A stretch of 62,910 nucleotides of DNA, the filler included, from Octopus bimaculoides (Eukaryota), in NCBI RefSeq assembly GCF_001194135.2. It is 6 parts of 5 records of this genome, joined end to end, with 100 filler letters (N's around TTAATTAATTAA, not from the genome) between each part and the next. Parts side by side here need not be neighbours in the genome. Positions count along the whole stretch, not along the records: positions 1 to 21,462 come from NC_069010.1; positions 21,563 to 38,938 come from NC_068990.1; 4 more parts are not named here. The stretch is one strand, 5' to 3'. Shown here in pieces: positions 12,228-23,246 of the stretch. The first letter of the stretch is position 1. Each line of letters opens with the position of its first letter. The translations under genes and the position numbers were made by a program. The notes under the pieces are model-generated. The model was given only the letters and a program-made list of their open reading frames with translations, was not told the DNA's origin and did not search any database.

Positions 12228-15200
12228 NNNNNNNNNNNNNNNNNNNNNNNNNNNNNNNNNNNNNNNNNNNNNNNNNNNNNNNNNNNNNNNNNNNNNNNNN
12301 NNNNNNNNNNNNNNNNNNNNNNNNNNNNNNNNNNNNNNNNNNNNNNNNNNNNNNNNNNNNNNNNNNNNNNNNNNNNNNNNNNNNNNNNNNNNNNNNNNNN
12401 NNNNNNNNNNNNNNNNNNNNNNNNNNNNNNNNNNNNNNNNNNNNNNNNNNNNNNNNNNNNNNNNNNNNNNNNNNNNNNNNNNNNNNNNNNNNNNNNNNNN
12501 NNNNNNNNNNNNNNNNNNNNNNNNNNNNNNNNNNNNNNNNNNNNNNNNNNNNNNNNNNNNNNNNNNNNNNNNNNNNNNNNNNNNNNNNNNNNNNNNNNNN
12601 NNNNNNNNNNNNNNNNNNNNNNNNNNNNNNNNNNNNNNNNNNNNNNNNNNNNNNNNNNNNNNNNNNNNNNNNNNNNNNNNNNNNNNNNNNNNNNNNNNNN
12701 NNNNNNNNNNNNNNNNNNNNNNNNNNNNNNNNNNNNNNNNNNNNNNNNNNNNNNNNNNNNNNNNNNNNNNNNNNNNNNNNNNNNNNNNNNNNNNNNNNNN
12801 NNNNNNNNNNNNNNNNNNNNNNNNNNNNNNNNNNNNNNNNNNNNNNNNNNNNNNNNNNNNNNNNNNNNNNNNNNNNNNNNNNNNNNNNNNNNNNNNNNNN
12901 NNNNNNNNNNNNNNNNNNNNNNNNNNNNNNNNNATCCATATATATATATATATAAAAACAAAAGATAGGCATGAGAGCATAAACCCTCCACACATGTTTA
13001 AAATGTCTGTTTCGCAACCAAAAGGTGCCGAGTTCAATTCTTTCTCATGACACCTATGTGAGCCAGAATTTCTTTTTCTTCTTTTTTTTTTAATTAGTTC
13101 ATTATATAGACTCAGGCGTTAATAAAATGTCTCGCAAGTAAGATCTGGTATACGTAGAAACTGCACAAAGTCTCATCATCCTGTCGAATACGGCTGAGTC
13201 TAATTATTCCTGCGAGATGAGAAAAGGTTGATCTTCTGGAGGAAAGATGGCAATAAATTATACTGGCAATGTGTTAGGAAAGGGTCTTGAGGATCTTCCA
13301 CAGGGGCCACCAGACATCAAAGAAATATAAACTTGACAGTCCCGCTTATCATTCAAGCACCTTGCTTTTTTGACTAAACTCTCATCATCCTTTTTCAAGT
13401 TTTACTTGAAAACGAAAGAGAAAATGGAGAGGAAAGTGCTGCCCCCACCCCAGAAGATTTGACGAAAGGTGGATGAACGTGACATAGATATTCAAAGTGA
13501 ACCAGCCTGCTCTAAGCATGCGATTGTACATTGAGGGAGAAGGATGATGACGATGAGCAGGTGCTTGTTGCCCCTGTAGTCAGGGAGGTTCTGATTTTGT
13601 AGGGTTTCCATGAACAGCCCTAGGAAGTCTCCTTCTTTCGCAGGAACCATTCATTGTTGAAACTCATATTTGCTGGTATTTCTTTTCCATATGCTCCTTT
13701 ATGTAATCCTACAAGGAACCACCCTGTACCGTCCCCAATTTTTTTGTGAACCCTTTAGGGGTTAGAAAGAAAACAGTATTATCATCATTATTATTATTAT
13801 TATCATTACAATGTGTAAGAAAATTTTTATAGTTTTTCATCTTTGGTCAATAAGTGTTATTTCCTCTTGGGTTCTAACTAGAAACCAAAGGAAGTGACTA
13901 CTATTCCCTTCAAACTTTGCTTCTGGCACCCTGGACATCAATGTTTTGAAACTGACCTATTTCCCATTACAGATTCAGTGTTGAGTTGCTGAAGCAGAAA
14001 TATCGTTATAGCAGATATTCTGCTCAAATACCACAGATTTGCTTGCTTCAAAACACTGATGTCCAGCATTGTTTGAGTGGAATAGTAGCGGTTTCCTTTG
14101 ATTTCTAAATAGACGCAAACTGGAAATAGCGTTTGCTGGCCAATGACAAAAAAAATAAAATAAAAAATAAAATAAAAATTTTGTTACAGTATTATTATTA
14201 TTATTATTGATATTATTATTATCATCATGTCCATATAAAGCTGCAGGGGTCGGGGATCCAATCTGATCCCACAATTCATATGACAGGGTTCAGCTTTTAC
14301 AAGTGTTTTAGCTAGCAGTCATGTATCAAACATAGCACCAGTGATAGGCAAAGAGCATTGTGACTCTGAAGAATGCAGGTTCAAGCTGTAGTGCAAATGA
14401 TGACGAAGATGATGATGATGATGATGATGATGACAATGGTTGATGGTGATGATGATAAAAGCAGCCTTTTTTTTTCTTTTCTGTTTTGTTTTTTCTCTCT
14501 TCTTNNNNNNNNNNNNNNNNNNNNNNNNNNNNNNNNNNNNNNNNNNNNNNNNNNNNNNNNNNNNNNNNNNNNNNNNNNNNNNNNNNNNNNNNNNNNNNNN
14601 NNNNNNNNNNNNNNNNNNNNNNNNNNNNNNNNNNNNNNNNNNNNNNNNNNNNNNNNNNNNNNNNNNNNNNNNNNNNNNNNNNNNNNNNNNNNNNNNNNNN
14701 NNNNNNNNNNNNNNNNNNNNNNNNNNNNNNNNNNNNNNNNNNNNNNNNNNNNNNNNNNNNNNNNNNNNNNNNNNNNNNNNNNNNNNNNNNNNNNNNNNNN
14801 NNNNNNNNNNNNNNNNNNNNNNNNNNNNNNNNNNNNNNNNNNNNNNNNNNNNNNNNNNNNNNNNNNNNNNNNNNNNNNNNNNNNNNNNNNNNNNNNNNNN
14901 NNNNNNNNNNNNNNNNNNNNNNNNNNNNNNNNNNNNNNNNNNNNNNNNNNNNNNNNNNNNNNNNNNNNNNNNNNNNNNNNNNNNNNNNNNNNNNNNNNNN
15001 NNNNNNNNNNNNNNNNNNNNNNNNNNNNNNNNNNNNNNNNNNNNNNNNNTATATATATATATATATATAAAATATGCACATGCCTATTGACATATGCACA
15101 CAAAACACAGCATGTATATATATATATATATATATATATGGAATTGTGCATGTACATCAATATGTGTATGTGTGTGTGTGTGTACGTCTGTCCGTGTGTC

Positions 15201-15340
15201 CTGAGCTGAATTTGGAAAGTATTGTGAAAGCCCTGCAGGCATAAAACTGCAACACAGAAGAAGCAAGAGGCAAGTTTTTGCAGATGTGGGGTGGGTATGT
15301 ATGTGTTACATAATATATACATACATGAACATATATATAC

Positions 15341-15373
<33 letters not shown>

Positions 15374-15751
15374 GTGGTCCTTCACCTCAGTGATATTTCC
15401 TATATCATTGGTGCAACGAGACAAGCAGTACTGTACCGAAACTACACTTAAATCTGGTCCCCATGGCTGATGAGGGGGGACTTCTTTGTTAATTCATCCG
15501 TTATCCTTTTCTGTTAATTGTTTCCATGTTCCATTTTGATTTTTCATCATACATACACACATACATTATATATATATATATATATACTGGTGTTGCCATC
15601 CGGTTTCACCAGTCCTCAGTCAAATCGTCCAACCCATGCTAGCATGGAAAGCGGACGTTAAACGATGATGATATATATATATATATGCATATTCTTTGGT
15701 GTAAGTATATATATATATACATGGACAATCTTTGGTGTGTATATATATGTG

Positions 15752-15796
<45 letters not shown>

Positions 15797-16267
15797 NNNN
15801 NNNNNNNNNNNNNNNNNNNNNNNNNNNNNNNNNNNNNNNNNNNNNNNNNNNNNNNNNNNNNNNNNNNNNNNNNNNNNNNNNNNNNNNNNNNNNNNNNNNN
15901 NNNNNNNNNNNNNNNNNNNNNNNNNNNNNNNNNNNNNNNNNNNNNNNNNNNNNNNNNNNNNNNNNNNNNNNNNNNNNNNNNNNNNNNNNNNNNNNNNNNN
16001 NNNNNNNNNNNNNNNNNNNNNNNNNNNNNNNNNNNNNNNNNNNNNNNNNNNNNNNNNNNNNNNNNNNNNNNNNNNNNNNNNNNNNNNNNNNNNNNNNNNN
16101 NNNNNNNNNNNNNNNNNNNNNNNNNNNNNNNNNNNNNNNNNNNNNNNNNNNNNNNNNNNNNNNNNNNNNNNNNNNNNNNNNNNNNNNNNNNNNNNNNNNN
16201 NNNNNNNNNNNNNNNNNNNNNNNNNNNNNNNNNNNNNNNNNNNNNNNNNNNNNNNNNNNNNNNNNNN

Positions 16268-16283
16268 TGGTAGAACATGAAAC
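16268..16283 (-). CDS. ELMOD2: Start of the next (probably last) ELMOD exon, truncated by an N gap
   Basis: CT-rich tract then tAG at 16285-16284. GT-TTC-ATG-TTC-TAC-CA completes the phase-1 Cys codon and gives YC-FMFY(H/Q), as expected for ELMOD YC-YLVYEF. Only 16 nt are visible. Confidence 0.65.
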
Positions 16284-16398
16284 CTACCATAAGGGAGACA
16301 GAGAGAGAGAGTGAGAGAAAGAAAGAAAAAACAGGGGTCAGACAGTAGTGACTGCTTGTGTAGCTACAGTTGTGTTTGTTTCTGAAGCAGTACTTGTG

Positions 16399-16445
<47 letters not shown>

Positions 16446-16815
16446 GGGTAGGTATAGTTGTGTGTGTGTGTGTGTAAGTGTGTTGGGTATGGTCTTTGTG
16501 CTCTGTGCACGCATATGTATGTGTTTGTTGGATATGGTTTTTGTATTGTATGTGTGTACATGTGTATAGATGTGGTTGTGTGTGTGTGTATGTAGATGTG
16601 GTTGTGTGTGTATGTGTAGGTGTGGCTGTGTGTGTGTTTGTTGGGTATGGTTTTTGTGTTGTGTGTGTGTGTGGCTGTGCATGTGTCTCTGAGCATGTGT
16701 GTATGAAGGAGCAATAAAAAGACCAACAGAGAGAAAGAGGAGGAGAGAGAAAGAGAGACAGACAGATAGATAGATGGATAGACAGATAGATATATAGATA
16801 TATAGATAGACATAT

Positions 16816-16863
<48 letters not shown>

Positions 16864-16869
16864 ACTTAC

Positions 16870-17003
16870 AGTAAGCCTCATGGAAATGTGTAATGCATGG
16901 TGCTGCTCTGCAGACATTGTAGAAGTGTAGTCGTAGCTGGCCACTTTTCAGGAGTTGAGTCAACATACTTGTTAGACTGATGCCCACAATTGCAAATGGA
17001 TAA
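16870..17003 (-). CDS. ELMOD2: ELMOD1/2-type exon
   Basis: ctcAG acceptor and GTAAGT donor; 134 nt. YPFAIVGISLTSMLTQLLKSGQLRLHFYNVCRAAPCITHFHEAY, aligning to ELMOD Y.AIVGINLT.M...LLKS..L..H.YN......HFH..Y. Confidence 0.9.
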
Positions 17004-18024
17004 CTGAGCAAAAGACACACAGACAGAAATATACTAGCAAAGGAATTTCGGAATCCACACACACACACACACGTTACATATATATATATATATATANNNN
17101 NNNNNNNNNNNNNNNNNNNNNNNNNNNNNNNNNNNNNNNNNNNNNNNNNNNNNNNNNNNNNNNNNNNNNNNNNNNNNNNNNNNNNNNNNNNNNNNNNNNN
17201 NNNNNNNNNNNNNNNNNNNNNNNNNNNNNNNNNNNNNNNNNNNNNNNNNNNNNNNNNNNNNNNNNNNNNNNNNNNNNNNNNNNNNNNNNNNNNNNNNNNN
17301 NNNNNNNNNNNNNNNNNNNNNNNNNNNNNNNNNNNNNNNNNNNNNNNNNNNNNNNNNNNNNNNNNNNNNNNNNNNNNNNNNNNNNNNNNNNNNNNNNNNN
17401 NNNNNNNNNNNNNNNNNNNNNNNNNNNNNNNNNNNNNNNNNNNNNNNCTGAGGACTGGTGAAACCGGATGGCAACACCAGGCTCCAATCTAATTTGGCAG
17501 AGTTTCTACAGCTGGATGCCCTTCCTAACGCCAACCACTCAGAGAGTATATATATATATATATATGTGTATGTATATGCTTGTGTGTCTGTGTTTGCCGC
17601 CCCACCAACATCGCTTGACAACCGATGTTGGTGTGTTTAAGTCCCCGTAACTTAGCAGTTCGGCACAAAGAGACCGATAGAATAAGTACTAGGCTTACAA
17701 AGAATAAGTCCTGGGGGTCGATTTGCTTGACTATAAAGGCGGTGCTCCAGCATGGCCGCAGTCAAATGACTTGAAACAAGTAAAAGCGAGTAAATAGTAT
17801 ATTGAACACACCTACACAAGGTGTTTTACCAGTTCGCGGTCGGGCTGCATTTTGTAGGCAAAAGAGAATGTACTCTCATCAATTTGTCTGGTTTTAAAAT
17901 ACCTGGAAGTCATCAGGTGTTGTTATGTGAGCAAATGATGATGGTGGTGATGATGGTGATATGAGCAAGGTTACAATATTTACCACACAAACATATATTG
18001 CCATATAAAGATAATCTTACTTAC

Positions 18025-18093
18025 CCACATCCTGGATGAAGCGAATGAGAATACACCTGCCGTGCTTCATTTGGATAATTTACAACAAAATAC
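18025..18093 (-). CDS. ELMOD2: ELMOD1/2-type short exon
   Basis: tttcAG acceptor and GTAAGT donor; 69 nt, phase 2/2. (W)YFVVNYPNEARQVYSHSLHPGC(G), aligning to ELMOD YFSENY..EA..ILS.SNHP..G. Confidence 0.85.
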
Positions 18094-18125
18094 CTGAAAA
18101 TAATAATAGTAGCAGTAGCAGTAGT

Positions 18126-18178
<53 letters not shown>

Positions 18179-18347
18179 CCTGTTATAGCAGGGGAGAAAA
18201 CTCATATGGTGACATAATGCATCTACAGTGTGCTAAAGGTCAATATTAGGCTCTAGGCCACAAATTCGGGGGCAGAGAAAGGTAGAAAGAATGAGGGGGG
18301 GGGGGGGGGGTGAGGAGAAACAGGGGAAGATGTAGATATATACTTAC

Positions 18348-18481
18348 CAGAGTTGTGTGAGGCCCAGCATGCCCATACCTCTGAGGTCTGTATAGGGTTG
18401 GTTGCCTTGGAAACCAATGTCGACCCATTGTTTACTCTTGAGACCGGTAAGATGGACATCTGGCTGTAGGATGTTCCAGAT
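18348..18481 (-). CDS. ELMOD2: ELMOD1/2-type exon carrying the GAP signature
   Basis: cccAG acceptor and GTAAGT donor; 134 nt. IWNILQPDVHLTGLKSKQWVDIGFQGNQPYTDLRGMGMLGLTQL contains the ELMO-domain W-x3-GFQ-x4-P-x-TD-x-RG-x-G motif with the catalytic Arg. Confidence 0.9.
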
Positions 18482-18546
18482 CTGGGGGAAAACAACAGAA
18501 AGATGAAAACAAATGTTGAGATTGAGTGTGTGTGTGCACAAGTGTT

Positions 18547-18578
<32 letters not shown>

Positions 18579-19336
18579 TGGGGGGGGGGGGCGTGTGTAT
18601 GTGTACCAAAGATCATGAGAAATACAAAACAAATGTAGTCAGAAGTTGTAACTTTTGGCACATGTACCTATATATGCACATATATATATACACACATGCA
18701 CACACATACCTACACACACACACATCACATAAACATTTATATATACATACAGACATGCATATATATATATATAAACCTATGCACATATACATACACACAT
18801 ATATATACCTGTGCACATACACATACACACACACATATATATACCTATGCACATATACATATACACTGAACTCTGCTTGCGAAGACCTGTTGAGGCAAGT
18901 GAAATCGAAATCGAACCAAATTCGACGACTGGCACCCATGCCAACCAACCTTTCCTTCATTGGACACTAAACTCTGCCTGCAAAGACCTGTTGGGGCAAT
19001 CGAAATGAAACCAAATTCGACGACTGGCACCCGTGCCAGTGGAGTGCTAACAGCACCGTCCGAGCGTGATCATTGCCAGAGCAGCTGTCTGGCTTCCGTG
19101 CCGGTGACAAGTAAAAAGCACCATTTGAGCGTGATCGTTACCAGCATCGCCTTACTGGCACTTGAACAAGTTGACAAGAGGTTGGCCAGAAAGGAAAGTA
19201 TTTGTCTCTAAGCCTTTCAAGCGAAGTCCACCATACACATTCTTTCGCCATGGCCACCAGTATGATGAAGGAAAGTGGTGTGGCAATATTTACGATAGAC
19301 TTGGCTAATGACTATAATGAGATAAGTGGGTCGTAC

Positions 19337-19466
19337 CTGATACAAATAGCTTTCGTAGTCTGACAGTTTGTCTGTGTGTTGCTGACGTCGGATAATTTCA
19401 ATCGTATTGATGAGATGATTGTAGCCAATAATCTGGGACATCCTCAGAGTCAACTCAGCACAGAGC
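19337..19466 (-). CDS. ELMOD2: ELMO domain-containing protein (ELMOD1/2 type), first visible exon
   Basis: Minus-strand ttccAG acceptor at 19468-19467 and GTACGA donor at 19336. 130 nt = 1 nt + 43 codons: LCAELTLRMSQIIGYNHLINTIEIIRRQQHTDKLSDYESYLYQ, aligning to the ELMOD QITGY...VESVRK...HEELL region. Confidence 0.75.
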
Positions 19467-19469
19467 CTG

Positions 19470-19551
<82 letters not shown>

Positions 19552-20327
19552 AATAATAGTAATAATAATAATAAGTTGTGGCGTGCAAGAGAGACGATTG
19601 CGCTGGTATGGACNNNNNNNNNNNNNNNNNNNNNNNNNNNNNNNNNNNNNNNNNNNNNNNNNNNNNNNNNNNNNNNNNNNNNNNNNNNNNNNNNNNNNNN
19701 NNNNNNNNNNNNNNNNNNNNNNNNNNNNNNNNNNNNNNNNNNNNNNNNNNNNNNNNNNNNNNNNNNNNNNNNNNNNNNNNNNNNNNNNNNNNNNNNNNNN
19801 NNNNNNNNNNNNNNNNNNNNNNNNNNNNNNNNNNNNNNNNNNNNNNNNNNNNNNNNNNNNNNNNNNNNNNNNNNNNNNNNNNNNNNNNNNNNNNNNNNNN
19901 NNNNNNNNNNNNNNNNNNNNNNNNNNNNNNNNNNNNNNNNNNNNNNNNNNNNNNNNNNNNNNNNNNNNNNNNNNNNNNNNNNNNNNNNNNNNNNNNNNNN
20001 NNNNNNNNNNNNNNNNNNNNNNNNNNNNNNNNNNNNNNNNNNNNNNNNNNNNNNNNNNNNNNNNNNNNNNNNNNNNNNNNNNNNNNNNNNNNNNNNNNNN
20101 NNNNNNNNNNNNNNNNNNNNNNNNNNNNNNNNNNNNNNNNNNNNNNNNNNNNNNNNNNNNNNNNNNNNNNNNNNNNNNNNNNNNNNNNNNNNNNNNNNNN
20201 NNNNNNNNNNNNNNNNNNNNNNNNNNNNNNNNNNNNNNNNNNNNNNNNNNNNNNNNNNNNNNNNNNNNNNNNNNNNNNNNNNNNNNNNNNNNNNNNNNNN
20301 NAATAATGAATATAAAGTTTAGAATGG

Positions 20328-20588
20328 TACAACAATGCACTATAAAACAAAAAATGGACTATATACCTGTTGTAATTTGGTTATCTATAGTTCGATGATA
20401 TTTCGGAATTACAATTCTTTCTTCAGATAAGAATATCTAAGAATATCTGAAGAATATCTGAAGAATATCTGAAGAATATCTAAGAATATCTGAAGAAGGA
20501 ATTGTAATTCCGAAATATCATCGGACTATAGGTAACCAAATTACAACAGGTATATAGTCCATTTTTTGTTCTATAGTGCATTGTTGTA
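20328..20588. repeat. 102-bp inverted repeat (4 mismatches) around a tandem 10-11-mer loop, with a hammerhead-like core in each arm
   Basis: Arms 20328-20429 and 20487-20588 are reverse complements. Loop is (AGAATATCT[G]A)n. CTGAAGA-a-GGAAT-tgta-ATTCC-GAAA-TATC lies at 20490-20519 (+) and is mirrored at 20426-20397 (-). Confidence 0.85.
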
Positions 20589-20609
20589 GTGGAGGCACAA
20601 TGGCCCAGT

Positions 20610-21090
20610 GGTTAGTAGATCTGGTAGAAACAGCAGCCAGATCTCCCTCAAATCACACCCTACTGTCTTATGTATGTATATTCATATGTATGTCCTAATG
20701 AGGGAGACCTCTACATGGTAGCTAGACATGCTAGAAATAGCACCCAAATCTTCCTCAAATCACACCCTACTGTCTCATGTATGTGTATATGTATGTATGA
20801 GCCAATGAGGGAGACCTCTACATGGTAGCTAGACCTGCTAGAAATAACAGCCAAATATACCTCAAATCACACCCTACTCTCTTATCTATGTATGTATGTA
20901 TGTATGAGCCAATGAGGGAGACCTCTACATGGTAGCTAGACCTGCTAGAAATAGCAACCAAATCTTCCTCAAATCGCACCCAACTATCTTAAACATGTAT
21001 ATCAGAGCCAGCGAGGGAGACCTCTACATGGTAACTAGACTCGCTAGAAGTAGCAGCCAAATATACCTTGAATGACACCTAACTGTATTC
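20610..21090. repeat. About 107-bp tandem repeat, roughly 4.5 copies
   Basis: GGGAGACCTCTACATGG recurs at 20702, 20809, 20916 and 21015, each followed by CTAGAAAT..CAAAT..CCTCAAATCACACCC-like text. Confidence 0.85.
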
Positions 21091-21462
21091 GACAAAAAAA
21101 CAAAAAAAACAAAACGTATAATTAGTTCCTGCATTCTTTACAGAAACATAACTAAGGGTCGCGGTTGGATTGTCTTAAGATCACAGGACCTATTCGAACA
21201 GGGCTGACCTGGGGTTAAAACAACAACAACAACAACAACGACGACGACGACGGCCGCCATCAGAACGACCATAACCGCGTCCCCATGGCAACCACAGACG
21301 GCCTGGCAAATAACGTACCCACATTTAAAAGATGAGCAACTGCTATCATGGGGCATTCCTCGAAAAAATTCAACCACCGAAATAAGTAAATAAATGAATA
21401 ATTAATCACATGATACAACGTAGTCTTAGATACATTGTTTACGTGTTTATTATTATTATAAG

Positions 21463-21562
21463 NNNNNNNNNNNNNNNNNNNNNNNNNNNNNNNNNNNNNN
21501 NNNNNNTTAATTAATTAANNNNNNNNNNNNNNNNNNNNNNNNNNNNNNNNNNNNNNNNNNNN
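21463..21562. other. Artificial 100-nt scaffold linker N44-TTAATTAATTAA-N44 (also 38939-39038, 46484-46583, 50399-50498, 59506-59605)
   Basis: Identical geometry five times. TTAATTAATTAA gives stops in all six frames, a standard contig-joining spacer. Confidence 0.95.
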
Positions 21563-23246
21563 TAACAGACCAATTCTTTACCACTTTACCTGTAACCAAA
21601 GAGGCAAAAATTGAGTAGATAACCATTGAAGAAGATGTAATACTGGCCATTGATGAGGTTGACACAAATTCAGCAGCTGGCCCTGAGGGTTCTCCAGCGG
21701 TCCTTCTCAAATCATGTAAGCGAGCCCTTGCAAAACCACTGCAGTTTCTCTTTCAGAGCTTCCTTGCAAGTGGTAAGCTTCCAGACAAACTGAAGGAAGG
21801 GATAACATACTCTATCCATAAGGGAGGACGCAGAGCAGATGCTAAAAATTATAGGCCTATCTCTCTGACATCACATATCAGTAAAGTCATGAAACGAATA
21901 GTCCGCAAGAAACTAATCCCGTTCATTGAAGAAAATGACTTGCTGACTGACACCCAGCATGGATTTCGTCCGGGTAGAAGCTGTCTGACACAGCTCCTGC
22001 AACACTACGACTGAGTGTTAAAACAGCTGCTGAATGACTCAAGCGTGGATGTGATATATCTTGACTTTGCAAAAGCCTTTGATAAAGTTGACCATGGTAT
22101 GATATGTCGCAAACTGCGTGATCTGGGAATATTCGGAAAACTTGGAGAGTGGCTGCACGACTTTCTAAAAGATAGACGTCAGGAAGTGGTGGCCAATGGA
22201 GCCACCTCCAAGGAAACGCAAATAGCAAGTGATGATCCACAGGGCACTGTTTTAGGGCCACAGTTATTCATAGTGACCCTCTCAGACGTGCCCTTAGCTG
22301 CTCAGACAGCCACCCTTGCTAGCTATGCAGATGACACAAAAGTCTCTCAGACAATACAAAATCCTGGAAATATTGCACATCTGTAACTGGAGTTGGAGGC
22401 AATATACAGGTGGACTGAGGACAACAACATGCAGTTTAATGCAGGAATATTCCAGGCCCTACACTACCAACACAGAAAGCTAAACGACATGCAGACAGGA
22501 TACATTGGCGCAGGAGGAATTGAAATCTCTGAATCAAAATCAGTGCGTGACCTTGGCAATAAGACGAGCAATAATGCATCTTTCCAGGTGCATATTACCA
22601 ATTTGGTAATAAAATGCAGACGGCTGACTGGATGGATCCTCCGAACTTTCAAAACAAGAGAAAAGGAGACATTGATGATCCTCTGGAGGACATACGTCCT
22701 TAGCCGCTTAGACTATTGCTCCCAACTATGGTCTCCACAATAAAAAATTCACGGCGTAACTCGAAGCAGTCCAACAAAGCTACACTAAGGAAATCGTTTC
22801 GATGCAACGTATCAGCTATTGGGAAAGACTGAAAGAATTAAAACTCTTCTCCCTAGAACGAAGGCTGGAAAGATATGCAGTGATATACATCTGGAAAACC
22901 CTAGAATGCCTTGTACCAAACTTTGGCATTGAAAGTTACTCAAACTGCAGAACAGGGCGCCACAGCATAATGCCAAAGATCCTAGCATCGCCATCAAAAT
23001 ACAGGACCAGATACTGCAACAGCTTGGACTTCAAGGGCCCACAGCTCTTTAATATCCTTCCAAAATGCCTGAGAGACCTGCATGGTGTGGATGTCAGTGT
23101 CTTTAAAACAAAACTGGATTTCTTCCTGTCAAGGGTTCCAGACGAACCTACCTCATGGCAGGAAACACAGATGAGGGCAGCGGCATCAAACTCCCTAATT
23201 GACTAAATGCCAGATATTAGAGGAGGTTTCAAATAATGGTGTAGCN
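21563..23246 (+). mobile_element. Decayed CR1/L2-like non-LTR retrotransposon (RT and C-terminus)
   Basis: NYRPISLTSHISKVM, QHGFRPGRSC, VIYLDFAKAFDKVDHG, PQGTVLGP, YADDTK and RLDYCSQLWSP motifs, interrupted by stops (e.g. ending at 22014 and 22386) and frameshifts. The left end is cut by a scaffold join. Confidence 0.9.

Noticed and set aside
13000-15430. Candidate ELMOD terminal exons (acceptor-like sites near 13210, 14385 and 15260)
   Set aside because: No frame resembles the ELMOD C-terminus, and part of the region (about 14000-14060) matches a dispersed repeat also present near 41980-42010.
17448-17475. CTGAGGA-CTGGT-GAAAC as a hammerhead in the (ATG)n-tailed SINE
   Set aside because: No stem II pairing and no NUH after stem III. 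The similar case at 28830-28870 (-) also lacks stems.
21507-21518. Recurrent palindrome TTAATTAATTAA as a biological motif
   Set aside because: Always centred in an exact 100-nt N spacer; an assembly linker.
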